Assembly: GCA_035221665.1 (NCBI GenBank)
Contig: CM069160.1
Coordinates: 6,510,001 to 6,574,000 of the forward strand
Length of the DNA stretch: 64,000 nt
Source: Okamejei kenojei
Taxonomy: Eukaryota
Direction: 5' to 3'
Shown here: positions 13,357 to 26,172 of the stretch, piece by piece
Layout of the letters: each line of letters starts with the position of its first letter
Numbering within the stretch: position 1 is the stretch's first letter
The notes under the pieces: generated by a model
The model's database searches: none
The model's input: only the letters and a program-made list of their open reading frames with translations
What the model was told of the DNA's origin: nothing
Program-made: the position numbers and the translations under genes

Positions 13357-13599
13357 GGCCTCATTAAGCCAGTTGGCAAACAAGGGAAAAGGTTTTATCC
13401 TTATCAAAGACGCATCAGTTCGGTTGCAGGGAAGGAACCAGCCATACAGGTCTACAATACCGAAATTGGCAGGCTGCCACTGGTGTGAAGGGGAAGGTGC
13501 CTTCCTCTACAAGGGGCTGCGGACAACAAGGTCTGCAAGGACATATGCAGGTAAGGAATATGCCTTTGAGAGAGAATGACTTAAGTAATGTTGCTGTTG

Positions 13600-14982
13600 A
13601 AATTGGGGGAAGGTTAAAATTGTTTCTCAAACAATGGCAGGAGTTAACATCAGATTAGTTTATACTTAAACAGTATTGAAGGAGTGAAAATTGAATTTTA
13701 CTCTAATGAGAGTCCACCTAATCAACATGTTCCAAGTCGGTAACTTATATTTTCAAATGAAGAAAATGTGCTCATACAAGCAGAAATTATGTCATTGCAC
13801 AAGAAAGGGGTAATTGAGACTTCAGTCTATCAAAGTTGTCAATTTGTGTCAAGTATTTTTTCCAAGGTCTAAAAAGACTGGGGGATGTAGAATTATCTGG
13901 ATTTAATGAGTTTGAACAAATTTGTTTGTTATAGGCATTTCAAAATCGAAACTTTTTCCATGGCCAAACATCTAGTGGGTGTTATATGGCAAGCATTGAT
14001 TTAAAGGATGCATATTACTCAGTGTCTATTCATGGTGATGATAGAAGATATTTGAAATTTATTTGGATGACTCAGTTGTGGCAATTTAAGGTACTGCCTA
14101 ATGGGTTAACTTAGACTATATACTAAATTGGTAAAACCTTTGTTAGCATTACTTAGAGCTCGGGGCATGTGGTAATGGCCTATTTAGATGATATACTGAT
14201 TGTTGGAAAGACTCATGCTGAAGCTCAGTCGTCAGTTTCAGTTGTTAAATTCACTTTTGAACAATTAGGGTTCGTCATTCATCCAGATGAATCCAATTAT
14301 CACCATATTGATATTTGGGATTTACCATTAATTCAAATCACATGTTGGTAACTTTGCCTAGGGATAAATTGCAAAAGTTAATTGAGGACTGTGTTAATCT
14401 CCTTGGAGAACAACGGCCTTCAATTAGACAAGAAGCCAGATTGATTGGTAAATTGGTGGCTGTTTTTCCAGCTGTGCAGTATAGTCCTCTGCATTATCAA
14501 CAATTACAACGATCAGAGGAACAGGCACTGAGAATTAAATGGGCCATTTTGACAGGCCTATGCAGTTGTCAGTTGGAGAAGTTCTGACATACAATGGTGG
14601 ATAGTAAATGCTTCAAAAAGTTTTAGGACAGTTTTGGTGGAACCACCTTCAATGATATTACAGACTGATGTAACTGCAACAGATATGTCTTCCAGCTGTG
14701 CAGGCAGATGGAATGCTGATGAGGACATCCCTTCTTCAATTAAGAGGGATCAATTATTTAGAGTTGTTGGGAACCTGGTATGGGCTTAAAGCTTATTGTT
14801 CTACCACGAGGGACTTGCATGTGCAGGTTCAGATTGACAACACCACAGCAGTGGCATATGTCAAACCACACAGATTTGGAGCTGGTGCATTGACAAAAAT
14901 ATCTGGCTTTCAGCAATTTATTTGCCAGGTAGATTCAAACATTGTAGCTGACACTAGGACATGTCAGTTCAATGATAAATAG
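13600..14982 (+). pseudogene. DIRS reverse transcriptase/RNase H, frameshifted
   Basis: GGRLKLF..QW, YMASIDLKDAYYSV, LPNGL, MAYLDDILI, INYLELL, QIDNTTAVAYV. Confidence 0.9.
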
Positions 14983-14987
14983 AATGG

Positions 14988-15290
14988 ATGTTAAATCAGG
15001 ATGTATTTAATCAAGTAATTGTTCAGTATGGAATGCCAGATATTGACTTGTTTGCATCTAGATTAAACCATCAGTTGCCCAGATATGGGAACCAGATCCT
15101 GGTGCAGCAGTGGTGGATGCTTTCTCACTGCATTGGGGTGGAATGTTTTTGTGTATGCATTTTTCCATTCTGTCTCATCAGCAGATTGCTTGCAAAAGAT
15201 CAAGCAGGACTCCGCTTTTCAGGGGTATTGGTAGTGCCAGATTGGCCTACTCAAGCATGGTTTCCTCTTGTATTACAAATGGGCTAGGCA
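14988..15290 (+). pseudogene. DIRS DNA N6-adenine methyltransferase-like domain
   Basis: PDIDLFASRLNHQLPRY, VDAFSLHW, degenerate YAF.PF, LVVPDWPTQAWFP. Confidence 0.8.
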
Positions 15291-15382
15291 GCCTCACATG
15301 ATTATTCCCAAGAATAAAAATTACTGGTAAATCCAGTAAACTGGGGATCAACATCTTTTACATGATCGTATTGATCTGTTGA

Positions 15383-16399
15383 TTGGAGATTTTAAGGAGG
15401 CCATACCTTGGGAGAGGACTGTCTGATCGTACTGTGGATGTTCTCACATCGGCCTGCAGGGATAATACACAGAAGCAGTATATCACCTCGATAAAGAAGT
15501 GGGAGCAATTCTGTCTACACCAGAATATTTCATATCAACTGCAGGGGCTCACAGACGTATTGGAGCTTTTGTCCATTCTTTATTTTGATCAAAAATTAAG
15601 TTACAGTGCGATCAATACAGCCAGGAGTGCTCTGTCTTCTTATTTACCCATGAATTCAGAATTGCATTCAGTAGGGACACATCCGTTAGTTTCACGATTT
15701 ATGAAGGGAGTTTTCAATTCTAATCCTCCTAAACCCAGGTATGCCGGTATTTGGAATGCGAGTGAAGTTCTTATGCTTCTTCGCCAGTGGGCTCCTGTTG
15801 CAAGCCTATCTATAGCCAAATTAACCATGAAGGTGGTCATGCTTATGGCGTTGGTTTCAGCCCAACGTGTACAAACATTGCAAAAGCTTTGGCTAGACAG
15901 AATGCATGTGTCGGCAGATGCCATTATATTTTATGTCTACGATTTGCTTAAACATAGTAGAATAGGCATGACAGGATGTAAGATTGTGTTTTCAGCATAC
16001 CCCACAGATGATTGCTTGTGTGTAGTCTCACATTTATCTTGTTACATTGAGGTCACTGGAGCCCTATGAGCAACAGAATCTGCATTATTTATTAGCCACA
16101 AAAAAACACACAGTGAGGTGTTGGTGCAAACAATTTCAAGATGGCTAAAGCTGGTTCTGGGAAGTGCTGGAATTGATACTGATAAATTCAAATCTCATTC
16201 CACCAGGGCGGCATCAACTTCCGCGGCAAGGGCGATGGACGAGCCAATAGATCATATACTCGCGGCCACAGGATGGTCCAGTGAGCTGACCTTTCAAAGG
16301 TTTTATCACAAGCCGATTTCAAGGCTGGGGGTGTTTGCTGATTCCGTTTTGAGTTCTGTTATAGTTTCCCCCGAGTTAGAGGGGTTTGTTATGGTTTAG
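15383..16399 (+). pseudogene. DIRS tyrosine recombinase, one internal stop at 16067-16069
   Basis: SAQR (catalytic R), HSTR, GWSS..TF.RFY (W and Y nucleophile), N-terminal YSAINTARSALS. Confidence 0.9.
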
Positions 16400-16537
16400 T
16401 TTGTAAATAAACTGTTATTCATTTAACAAACGTTATTATTGATGCATCATTGATTGTTACGACTTTTTGAGTCAATCGATGCAGTGTGAACGCCGGATTT
16501 GGGTCTGCGGCGTGAATGAAATCACAGTGCTTTGAAG

Positions 16538-16650
16538 TCTTCACGTAATCACTCACGTGACTCCAAAGTAAAATAGTAAGATTAAACAAGAACTTACCAG
16601 TTTGAGGTTTGATCTTTATTTTATGAGGAGTCGAGTTGAGGGACTACGTG
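16538..16650. repeat. DIRS internal complementary region (ICR)
   Basis: 16538-16574 is the reverse complement of left terminus 12211-12246; 16570-16650 is the reverse complement of right terminus 16782-16861. Confidence 0.92.
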
Positions 16651-17153
16651 CCCTCCGCTCCCAGCCCTCATAGATTCATCTGGTAGTTCTAGTCTTTGTT
16701 ATCTAAACCATTATACTTCAGTCATTGTTATCTGTGAGTTCACTCCGCTGCCTTGAAGATTGACGGCTGTACGGGGTTCTTCACGTAGTCCCTCAACTCG
16801 ACTCCTCATAAAATAAAGATCAAACTTCAAATGGTAAGTTCTCATTTAATCTTACTATTTTAGGCCACTTTCATTGCCTAGTGCCATTCAGTGTTCACTA
16901 TGCCTACTGACTTGGTTGCCTAGAAAGCCTCACTTCACAGATACATCATCCTTTATGTCCAAGGAAAATAGTAAGCATATTTTCCTGTAGTCCCTTCCTC
17001 TTTACACTTTTTGTCCTGCAAAAGGTGGAAGAAACCTTAGTCCTATAAAAAGGCAAAATCTGATCAGACACTGCAGTCGCAAATAATTTTCATTGTAACT
17101 ACAGCAGGAAACCACAGGCAGAAGAGACTTTGGCTCCTGTTTTTATATTTGCA

Positions 17154-18391
17154 CTCAACTAAGTGGGACCCGTTGGGTTCCTGACACACAGGAGGCTTGG
17201 TCCCCCAATGCAATATTCACCGCTCAACCATCGCCCCCAAAGCACACACGCAGCTCATTTCCCCTCATCCCTAGCACTCTCTCTCCCCTCCTCTTCGCCC
17301 TCCTATTCTTTCCCCCTCCCCCAATCCCTCCTCACACCTCTCTCTTCCTCTCATTTCCCTACCCTCAGTCACTCCCTCCCTCCTCCATATCTCCTGTCCC
17401 CTCCCTACCCCGTCCTATCCCCTCTACCCCCCACCTCCCCCACTCCTCACCTCCCCCTATTCCCCCCCACTATCCCTCCTCACCTAAGCCCATTACCCCC
17501 TCCTCTAATCCTCCCTTATCACCCTCTATTCCCCCCTCCTCCCACTCTCCCTTCTCCTCATTTCCCTTTCCCTAACCTCTCCCTCACATCTCCTTTCCCT
17601 ACTCGCGATCACTACCCTCCCTCCATAACTACTCTCCCCTCCCATCCTCTCTTCTATTCCCTCTCACCTCCCCCACTCTCCTCCCACAGGATCTCGAGGT
17701 TGCCGCTCCTCTCCCTTCTTGCTTGCCCCAGAGGAGAATTCAACCATCGGTGCTCTCAGAGCCAGGCCTCGGATCAGCCCACGGAAGCACTAGCAGCTAT
17801 GGCCGGGGAGTTCTCGGAGAAAAAGATGGGGGAAGAGCCATGGGGGAGAGGGGGGTATCACGGGGGGAGGGGGCAGGAGCCAATGAGGGGGACAAGAGGT
17901 AGGGGTCTGGAGCTGCGGGGCAATTGCGATGGCGGTGCGTTTGGGACTCACAGCGGGCGCTGGACTCTCTCCTGTGCCGAGATCAGATTCACCACTTTCT
18001 GTTTGGCGACATCGCGGGCTCCACTTCCGGTCCCTCCAAAAATTGTGTCGGTTGGAGTCCTCTGCTGGCCTCCCTCAGCTCCAGTGAAGACCTAATGGCG
18101 CAGGAAGGGGCGGGACCATCCCAGGGAGTGGACAGAAGAGACTAATCTGCGCGGCTCTGACTGCGGAAAGATCGATCTGCGCACTTGCAGTTTTTTAAGA
18201 TTTTTAAATCTCACTAACTTTTACAATATACCACCGAATTGGAATAAAACTTGCTGCACTCGCAGCAGCACCGGAGAACGGTGAGTGAGCTGGCGAAAAA
18301 TCGTAGTGCTATCGCATACTGTTTTTTGCGTAAATAGAAAAAAACACGCAAATCAGAAGAGCACAAGATCAGAACTTTAGTTATGTATAGT
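17154..18391 (-). mobile_element. Non-autonomous Helitron-like element (degenerate termini)
   Basis: 5' (A)CTATACATAACTAAAGTTCTGATCTTG homologous to 60936; 3' hairpin GAACCC-AAC-GGGTCC then ACTTAGTTGAG|T. Confidence 0.65.
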
Positions 18392-20696
18392 TAAGACATT
18401 AATTTAAACTCTAAAATAACCTTTTACTTACATTCCATACCTTATTCGTCTTTTTCTAACCCACACTTATTTCCATAACTTAACAGCATTTCTTACCAGA
18501 TTCTTATGCATTTCTGTTTGAAAATTTACTGATGGACAGGAACAATGGAAACGGCAACAAAATGGAAGAGTATTTTATCGTCACATGTCCCAAAACGAAA
18601 CAATGAAATACTTGCAGCAACACAACAGATATACATGGTACTGTGTAACTCTACTTTGTGATGTAGTTGCTATACATTTCTATTCCATTGGGAAAGTTTT
18701 GTGCAACAGAGGGAGACTTTACAAGACTTGGACACTGACATCATCATGCCCATTTACACTTTTATACATTAAAGATGACAATGTGTGTTCAGAACAGAAT
18801 CTGGGCAAGAAGACAGGGGTGGGAAGTGTTTGTGGGAACGATCATTAGCCAGATTGATTTGGAAAATGACTATGGCGAAGGATACATTCTAAATTAGAGT
18901 TGACCTAACCAGCTAAAATATGATTCAATAAGAAAACAAGCATGTCAAGTGGTAACTTGATGCTAGATAAACAGGGAACATTCAATGGGAAAATAATGAG
19001 GTTGAGATAAAATGTATTTCCAATAAATAATAAAGACAGATACCAAATTTAAGCCCTCATCGATATAGTGGAAATATACAGGGTAGGACAAGAAGAAAGA
19101 TACACAGAAAAGGTCTATAACAAATATTAAGCACTCAAAATTGCTGAAAGCTAAGAGCAGTGGTCCCTGGAATATGGAAGACCTGATTATGGAAATCCAA
19201 CTTTACACAAATTCTTCCAGAGATTTTAAATAATTTTTCAAGATAGGAAAATAGCAGAAATGCCAAACTAGTTATTTAATGCACTTATTGAGAACCAGAT
19301 GCAGTATATGTTCCATTCATTTAATTATGGTTAATGTTAGGATGAATATAGATATCTGATAAATGAAAAATTATGCCAAGTGTATGCATAATGATACAAA
19401 ACCAGAGAAAACGGATGACAACCATGATAAGGTACTGACAGAAAATAAGTAATACATCAGAAGGGGTCTCAACTGCTTTGGGCATTGTGATTTTGATCAA
19501 GGCGCTTAACTATATTGTTTGCAAATCAGCTATGGACAAATTCTCAGGAATGAAAATCCAGTGTAATCTGTGGACTGTCTGCAAAGTAGGTACAGGGGGA
19601 GAATTAAACAGAAAATTAAAAATACAGAAGGGCAAAGAGGGCAAATTCAATATACAATTTGCAGGTTACAATCAAGAACATATAGTGAATACAGTTTGTT
19701 TATAAAATGTATACAGGGGATGTGCATCACAGAAAAGGGAAAGAGGAAGTATTATTAGATTTCAAAAAATGGATTACCCATTAAATAGTAAAATATTTTG
19801 AATTCATTTATAGTACATTTATTTCATAATTTATTCCCTATTTGAATTAAAGGGAATTCAGAAGAGAAATAAACAAATAGGCAGTAATAAAAAGGCACAA
19901 GTCACAGCAGATGTTGTAATCTTGAGTAAAACACAAAATGCTGGAGCAATCAATGGGTCACGCTGTTGTGTGTGTAAAGAATGGGTAGGCGATGTGTTGG
20001 ATCAAGAGCCTTCTTCGATCACATGCTGGAGCTGTGGAATACATAATCTAGCTTTTTTCGTACGAATTCCCTATCATTCAAGAATTTCTGCAACCTCTGA
20101 GCTAAAGTTCAGTGTTCACTAGACCACAGGAAAATGTGTGAAACAACAATGGAGGGTATGGAAAATGCTGCATTTAGTTGAATAATGCTTTGCAACAGCT
20201 AAACAGGCAGGGTTCTCGGAAAAATTGAAACTGAATTGAAAAATTTGATATTTCCATTAATGAAAGTATACAAAAGTCAAAGGTGCATAGGGAGGATCTA
20301 TTTTACTTGGCAGGAGATCAGTAATTAATGGACAGAGATTTAATATGATTGCTAATGAATCAGGTGAAAAGAAATATCACCAAGGAGTAACGTGGGTTTG
20401 GAACTCACTGTTTTCACAGGGTGGCGGGAAAGGTTACCACATGTAAAAAGTAGCTTGATGAACAATTAAATCACCAAATCATATAAAACCACAGATTGGG
20501 AGCAGGGGATTGGAATGACACAAAGAGTTCCATTTGTGGCTGGCACAAACCATCGAGTGCAATGGCCCTTTCGATGTCAGAAAACTCCTGTGATCCATTC
20601 ATTTATATATTCTTCCTACATTTAGACATGTTCCAACAAAGAAAAGTGCAATATCTGGAATCATCAATTCTGAATTATAAAAAGTCATGCAAAGTC

Positions 20697-20868
20697 CTTT
20701 ACGAAGAAACGATTCCCCCTGGGGATTTTTTAGGAATTCTTCATAGTTAGCCATTGGATCATTTTTCATAGTATCGAACGAGCTGTGTTTTATCACGCTG
20801 TCAAGTTTTCCGTCATCCAACTGTCTTCCAACAAAGTTGCAAATTTTTTGTATTGTTGCTCTGAGATC
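20697..20868 (-). CDS. Sulfotransferase penultimate exon
   Basis: ttggcag|DLRATIQKICNFVGRQLDDGKLDSVIKHSSFDTMKNDPMANY...FLRK-G; donor reads GA, not GT. Confidence 0.9.
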
Positions 20869-21166
20869 CTGCCAACATAGATGTAGCTTGAGTAGCAACA
20901 GCTTCTGTGATACTTTCTAAAGTAATACCTTCTATGCTATTCACCAATTAACATGCAAGTAAGGAATCATTCTAGAATATTGCTCATAAATGGGTATGTT
21001 ATGTTAGTATTCAAATATTTTGTCATTTCAAGGTTTGATTTGATTGCTTCTTATTTCATCCCTCTCCTACATCTGCAGTGAACAGATAAATGGTGGCACC
21101 TCCAAAGGCTTGATTGCTTGGGCAGGTGGTGTGTGAGAAAATGGTTAATGGAATTTTATACAGATA

Positions 21167-22828
21167 CTAGACCAAGTACAGACCCGCTGGGTCTGTTCTC
21201 CCAACACATGTTTGCGGGGGGCAGGGGGGGGGCATGCGGTGTCACACCACACTAATTACCCCACACACACACTAACTACTCCCTTGATAATTATATTAAT
21301 ATTATTAATTTGCTCCTTTTACCCCATAACCGCCCTATCCACTGGCTCGCATAGTTCCCAACTTGCAGGCGCATCTAGAGAGTGAGGGCAGAGATGAGAG
21401 AATGGGGAGAGAGAGAGGCAGAGGACAGCAAGGGCAGGAGACAGAGGGAGCGCGGGTGGGAGGAGAGGGAGGATTGGGTGAGGGGGGAGAGAGAAAGATT
21501 GGGAGGAGGGGGAAGAGAAAGACGGGGGCTGAGAGGGGGGGAGGGGATGGGAAGGGAGGGGGAGAGGAGAGGGGAAGGGGAGGGGGGAGGTGGACGGAAG
21601 GGGGATGGGGGAGGGGATGGAGGGAAGGGGGTGGGGGAGGTGGGGTGGAAGGGAGGGTGTGGAGGGGGTGGGGAAGGGGTTTAGGGGAGGGAAGGGTGGG
21701 GGAGGGCAGGAGGTTTGNNNNNNNNNNNNNNNNNNNNNNNNNNNNNNNNNNNNNNNNNNNNNNNNNNNNNNNNNNNNNNNNNNNNNNNNNNNNNNNNNNN
21801 NNNNNNNNNNNNNNNNNNNNNNNNNNNNNNNNNNNNNNNNNNNNNNNNNNNNNNNNNNNNNNNNNNNNNNNNNNNNNNNNNNNNNNNNNNNNNNNNNNNN
21901 NNNNNNNNNNNNNNNNNNNNNNNNNNNNNNNNNNNNNNNNNNNNNNNNNNNNNNNNNNNNNNNNNNNNNNNNNNNNNNNNNNNNNNNNNNNNNNNNNNNN
22001 NNNNNNNNNNNNNNNNNNNNNNNNNNNNNNNNNNNNNNNNNNNNNNNNNNNNNNNNNNNNNNNNNNNNNNNNNAGATGAGATGGGAGTGAGAGAGAGAGG
22101 GAACAAGTGTCTGCGCGGAACACAGAGGATGTCTCTATTCAGTGAGGGGATCCTGTGAGTCCCTGGTCTGACCAAGAGTTAGGGCTGACTCCCCCGTCTT
22201 CCTCAGAGTAGGGTGGGCGGAGCGGGTCGATCAGATCTGAGATGCTCTATGACTCTGGATCACCACACGGGCAGGAAGGGAGGGGTGAGTGAGGAGTTTT
22301 GGGGGGGGAGGGCTTCACACGGGCTGACACGCAACAGCAGCTGCTGCCTCGGCTGAAACCCACAAACTCCCACTGGAATAAACGCATCAGCACTTCACTG
22401 AGCTGCGCCAACAGTGATGAGATATCAGCACTTGATCCTACAGCCAGAACGAGCAGTTGAATTTTGGTTCTGCACAGATCTTTCTCGATCTTCGAATCAT
22501 ACTCACCTTTAATCCAGAGCGGCTGCGAGCCTGGCTCGGCAGCCAGGTGGTGGGCCCTAAATTGTGTGGGCAATGTGGGCAATGTGACGTCAGCAGATCT
22601 GGTCAAGCAGCGTTTAATATTTATAATATGAGTTTTGTCATATATCCAATTTTATTCAAAAATCTGGGGAAATAAATCGACCCGGGATTTTGAACTCATA
22701 AGTTAAGTTAAATCCCTACCGAAATTGTAAAAATCTCCACGTAAGCGTCTGGTTTTCGAGGAGAAACTTAAGTTTCACATGCAAAATAACATCCACACAT
22801 CCACAACAGAGTTTTAAAAGTATATAGA
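21167..22828 (-). mobile_element. Non-autonomous Helitron-like element (spans an N gap)
   Basis: A|TCTATATACTTTTAAAAC at 22828; 3' hairpin ACAGACCC-AGC-GGGTCTGT, then ACTTGGT-CTAG|T ending at 21167. Confidence 0.78.
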
Positions 22829-22854
22829 TGTGCGATGGTTTCACCCAGTTGTAG

Positions 22855-23750
22855 GGAGTATAGGAATATAGGCCATTCAAAACCCATCAAGTACCACTCC
22901 ACCATTAAATCATGGCATGATCCAAATCATTCCCTCTCCAACCCAATTTCTTGCCTTCGCCACCATAACCCCTGACACCCTTACTAATCAAGAATCTGTC
23001 TCCTCTCGCCTTGAAATATTCCATTGATGGCCATACAGACTACCGTCCGTTTGCAATGAATTCCACCATATTTTACCACCTTTGGACTAAGAAATTCCTT
23101 TGAGGACAGGACCCACACAGTGCATAGCAGGGCTTTGGGGAGTGTTATGGAGCTGTGGTATCTATTTAGGAGAGCGCAGGTACATAGTTCCTTGAAATAT
23201 GGTGTCGCAGGTAGATAGGGTGGTCCAGGTTTAGCGGCACTTTGGCTGTTCAACAGTCGAGTATTGAGTATAGCAATGGAGAGGTTTATTAACGTTGTAC
23301 AAGACACTGGTGAGGCCACATTTGGAGTATGTTTGTTCAGTTGTCGGTCACCCTGTCTGTAAGAAAGATTTTGTTAAGCTGAAAGATCGCAGAGAAGATT
23401 TACGAGGATGTTACCAGGACTTGAGGGCCTGAGGTATAGGGAGAGGTTGAGCATGACTAGATTGGGTAGATGCACAAAGTCTCTTGCCCTGGGGTAGGTG
23501 AATCGAGAACCAGAGAATAATAGGTTTAAGATGAGGGGGAAAGGAAAAGATCTTAATAAGAACTCTAGGGGCAAATTTTTCACTCAAAGGGTGGTGGGAA
23601 TATGAATCACTGCTGGAGGAAGTATGTTGAGGCAGGTACTATCAAAATGTTTAATAGATATTTGGACAGGTACATGGATAGGATAGGTTCCAGAAGGGAT
23701 ATGGTCCAAATGCAAGCAGTTCGGACTAGTGTAGTGGGGGCATGTGGGCA
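22855..23750. mobile_element. Two CR1-type LINE fragments (- then +)
   Basis: 3' tail in reverse at ~22855-23100; RT C-terminal region forward at ~23100-23750. Confidence 0.7.
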
Positions 23751-23939
23751 ATATTGTACTTAGATTAGAAGAAATGCAAATGAATTGCTGCAATCTGGAA
23801 TGACTGTTAAATCCTGAATGGTGGTAAAGAAAGAAAAAATAGGACAAAGTGTTGTGTCACTGAGTATGCAAGGGTAAATGCAATTAGCAAAGGGGGGCTG
23901 ATGGAAACAAAACAATCAAGATATTCAATTACTTGAATG

Positions 23940-24430
23940 ATATGCAATACAGAGTCCAGGAATAACTCAGCGAGGTCAGGCAGCAATCTGCAGCGTGAAT
24001 GGAATGCAAAAATTTCAGGTTGGGGACCCCTTTCGTTCTGACTGATTGTAGTAGAGGAGAGAAAGCCAGAACTTAAGTGATAGGTGGTGTCAGGTGAGGG
24101 AGCTTTGAAGGTAAGTGGGAAGAGCCTATGTGGACACAAAAGGCTAGAGATTTAGAGATTAGGGCAACAAGGCAATCAACAGTGTGTAAGTTCATGATAA
24201 TTAGGAGTAGGTGAATTAATAAAGTCGAGTGGAAGGGGTAGAGAGGGTCTGATTGTCGAGCTGAAATGGCTTGGTGTGCATTGGATAAGGGAGCACAGAA
24301 AAGAGAGTGAGGAAGGGCGGAGGAATTTACTTCAAATCTTAGAATCAGTGTTCCTACCACTTAGGTGTAAGCTACCCAAGAGAAATATAAAGTACTGTTC
24401 CTCCAGTTTGTGAGTGACCTCCTACTGTAC
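23940..24430 (-). mobile_element. Penelope-like element 3' fragment
   Basis: rc KLEEQYLYFS/LGSLH GIY-YIG C-terminal remnant plus the shared pLTR-like tail. Confidence 0.6.
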
Positions 24431-24481
24431 AGTTAGTGCAAATAAACACACATTATATTAATACTGCAATAATTGCTATAC

Positions 24482-24576
24482 CTTTTTCATCTCCTCATAG
24501 GTTAGGACAAGAAGTTGAATTCAATCCTTTTGAGTGCCCCAGCCCTGATATGGTTCAAACCAGCAGCTGAATTCCA
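24482..24576 (-). CDS. Sulfotransferase exon (95 bp), in-frame TGA as assembled
   Basis: gatag|..EFSCWF...GW...LVLTYEEMKK|gtatag; canonical 95-nt phase 1-0 SULT exon; TGA at 24523-24521. Confidence 0.82.
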
Positions 24577-25914
24577 CTATCGGACAAAAGCAAAACATTC
24601 AGGTTATCCAATAAATTTGAGCTGCATTTAAAATAATATGAGAATGTAAACAGTGTTATTTTTTCCTAATGGGTTTATCATTTCAAAAAATTTGAAAGCA
24701 ACCACGTTTTCTCTGTAAAAAAAGGATATAAAACTGCAGGATATTTTCAATAAACTGTAAACTTTTGATCATGATGAATCTGTGCTACGTTCAACCTTAT
24801 TGTTTATAAGAAATGTAACTAAAGGACAAAATTATGTTTTTTGTACTTGTGTAGCCTTACCTAGAACGGCCAGTTTTTTGGAAAAAGCAGTGGGGTCCTA
24901 CGAAATAAAAACACTCGCCACCACATCATCCAAATGGTTAATGCTTACTAAATGTGTTATTAATTGAATATTTGCACCATCAAAAAATGATAATGCAACA
25001 AAGGGTGGGTAATTCCTATGATCCATGTAATTTTCTTTCGCTAACAAACCTACAAGTACGGCACCTCATCAGGGACTAAACAATATTGAATCAAGCCATC
25101 ATTTAAAGGCAGGTAGCATTCAGCTGGTCAAAAAGGTAACTTTTTAAGGACTGCCCAGAAAGGAGGTGGGGAGAAGTGGGGGGGTGGGGGGGGGGGTTTG
25201 GGGGCAGGGTGGGGCGAGAGATCTGCAAAACACCTGAAAATTCTGATGACGTATATGTTCCTATTATCCAGATGCCGATTGAAGTGGTCAGTTGTACCCA
25301 GTGAATTCAGGAAGTTTCAGGAGAATTTTCATGCTCCACTATTAGTTATGGTATAGAGTCCAAACTTTCAGCCCGGTTTTGCCAGCAGAAACTAACGAAC
25401 AAAGTCACTGCTTCTGCATTTTTGTGTCAATGTCTTGGGTTAGAATGTGCACACTACACACAGATAAGATAGAACCTGGATCCATGGAACTGTGAGAAAG
25501 CCTACTCACAAAACTCCACCACCGTTCCTGATCATATAATACTCCACTGAAGGAAAATTCAGCCTGGCTAAGCTACTTAACATTAGATCTCCAACTCGGA
25601 AGCAGTGCATGTGTGGTGTCTAATGTTGTCAAGAGCATATGGAAGTGAACATTTTTTAATGATATTAGATAAATTGTAATGGCTACAGAAAAACGAGTTT
25701 TTTGGTCAATTTTCTTTCTTCAGAAATGTTAGAGTTATATATTGTTAAGATTATAGTTCACCTGACATATCTATCCCAATTTATTCATCCACTTATTGAC
25801 AACTTGGAGTCGCACAAACTTTTATTTTTAGTGAGCTACGCGATATTTTTCTTCTTAACTATAATTATTTGCTAAGAATTCCTTTTCCTATACCATCTTC
25901 AGAACTTTAGGACT

Positions 25915-26172
25915 TTTGAGTACCGGTCCGTGCCAACTAGCGATCCACCCGATACGAGCACCTATCTACACATAAGGGACAATTTACAATTTACAGACCA
26001 AGTACAGTACAAACCTGTATATGATACTTTAGGTGTGTGTGGAAACAGGAGCACCCGCAGAAAACCCTGAGGTCATAGGGAGAAGTTACAAACCCCATAC
26101 AGACAACACTGTGTCAGGAGTGATACCTGGGTCTCCTGGAGGTTGTAAGTGTGGAGGTGCCACTGTGCCACC
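25915..26172 (-). mobile_element. tRNA-derived SINE (HE1/V-SINE-like)
   Basis: Reverse-complement similarity to the SINE at 52262-52570. Confidence 0.65.

Larger units (their letters stand above)
12211..16861 (+). mobile_element. Full-length DIRS1-like tyrosine-recombinase retrotransposon, decayed ORFs, in the last SULT intron
   Basis: ATTTT at both ends, inverted termini, internal complementary region 16538-16650, gag-RT/RH-MT-YR order. Confidence 0.93.

Noticed and set aside
17163-18095. 310-aa proline-rich ORF
   Set aside because: Low-complexity interior of a Helitron-like element with no domain signal
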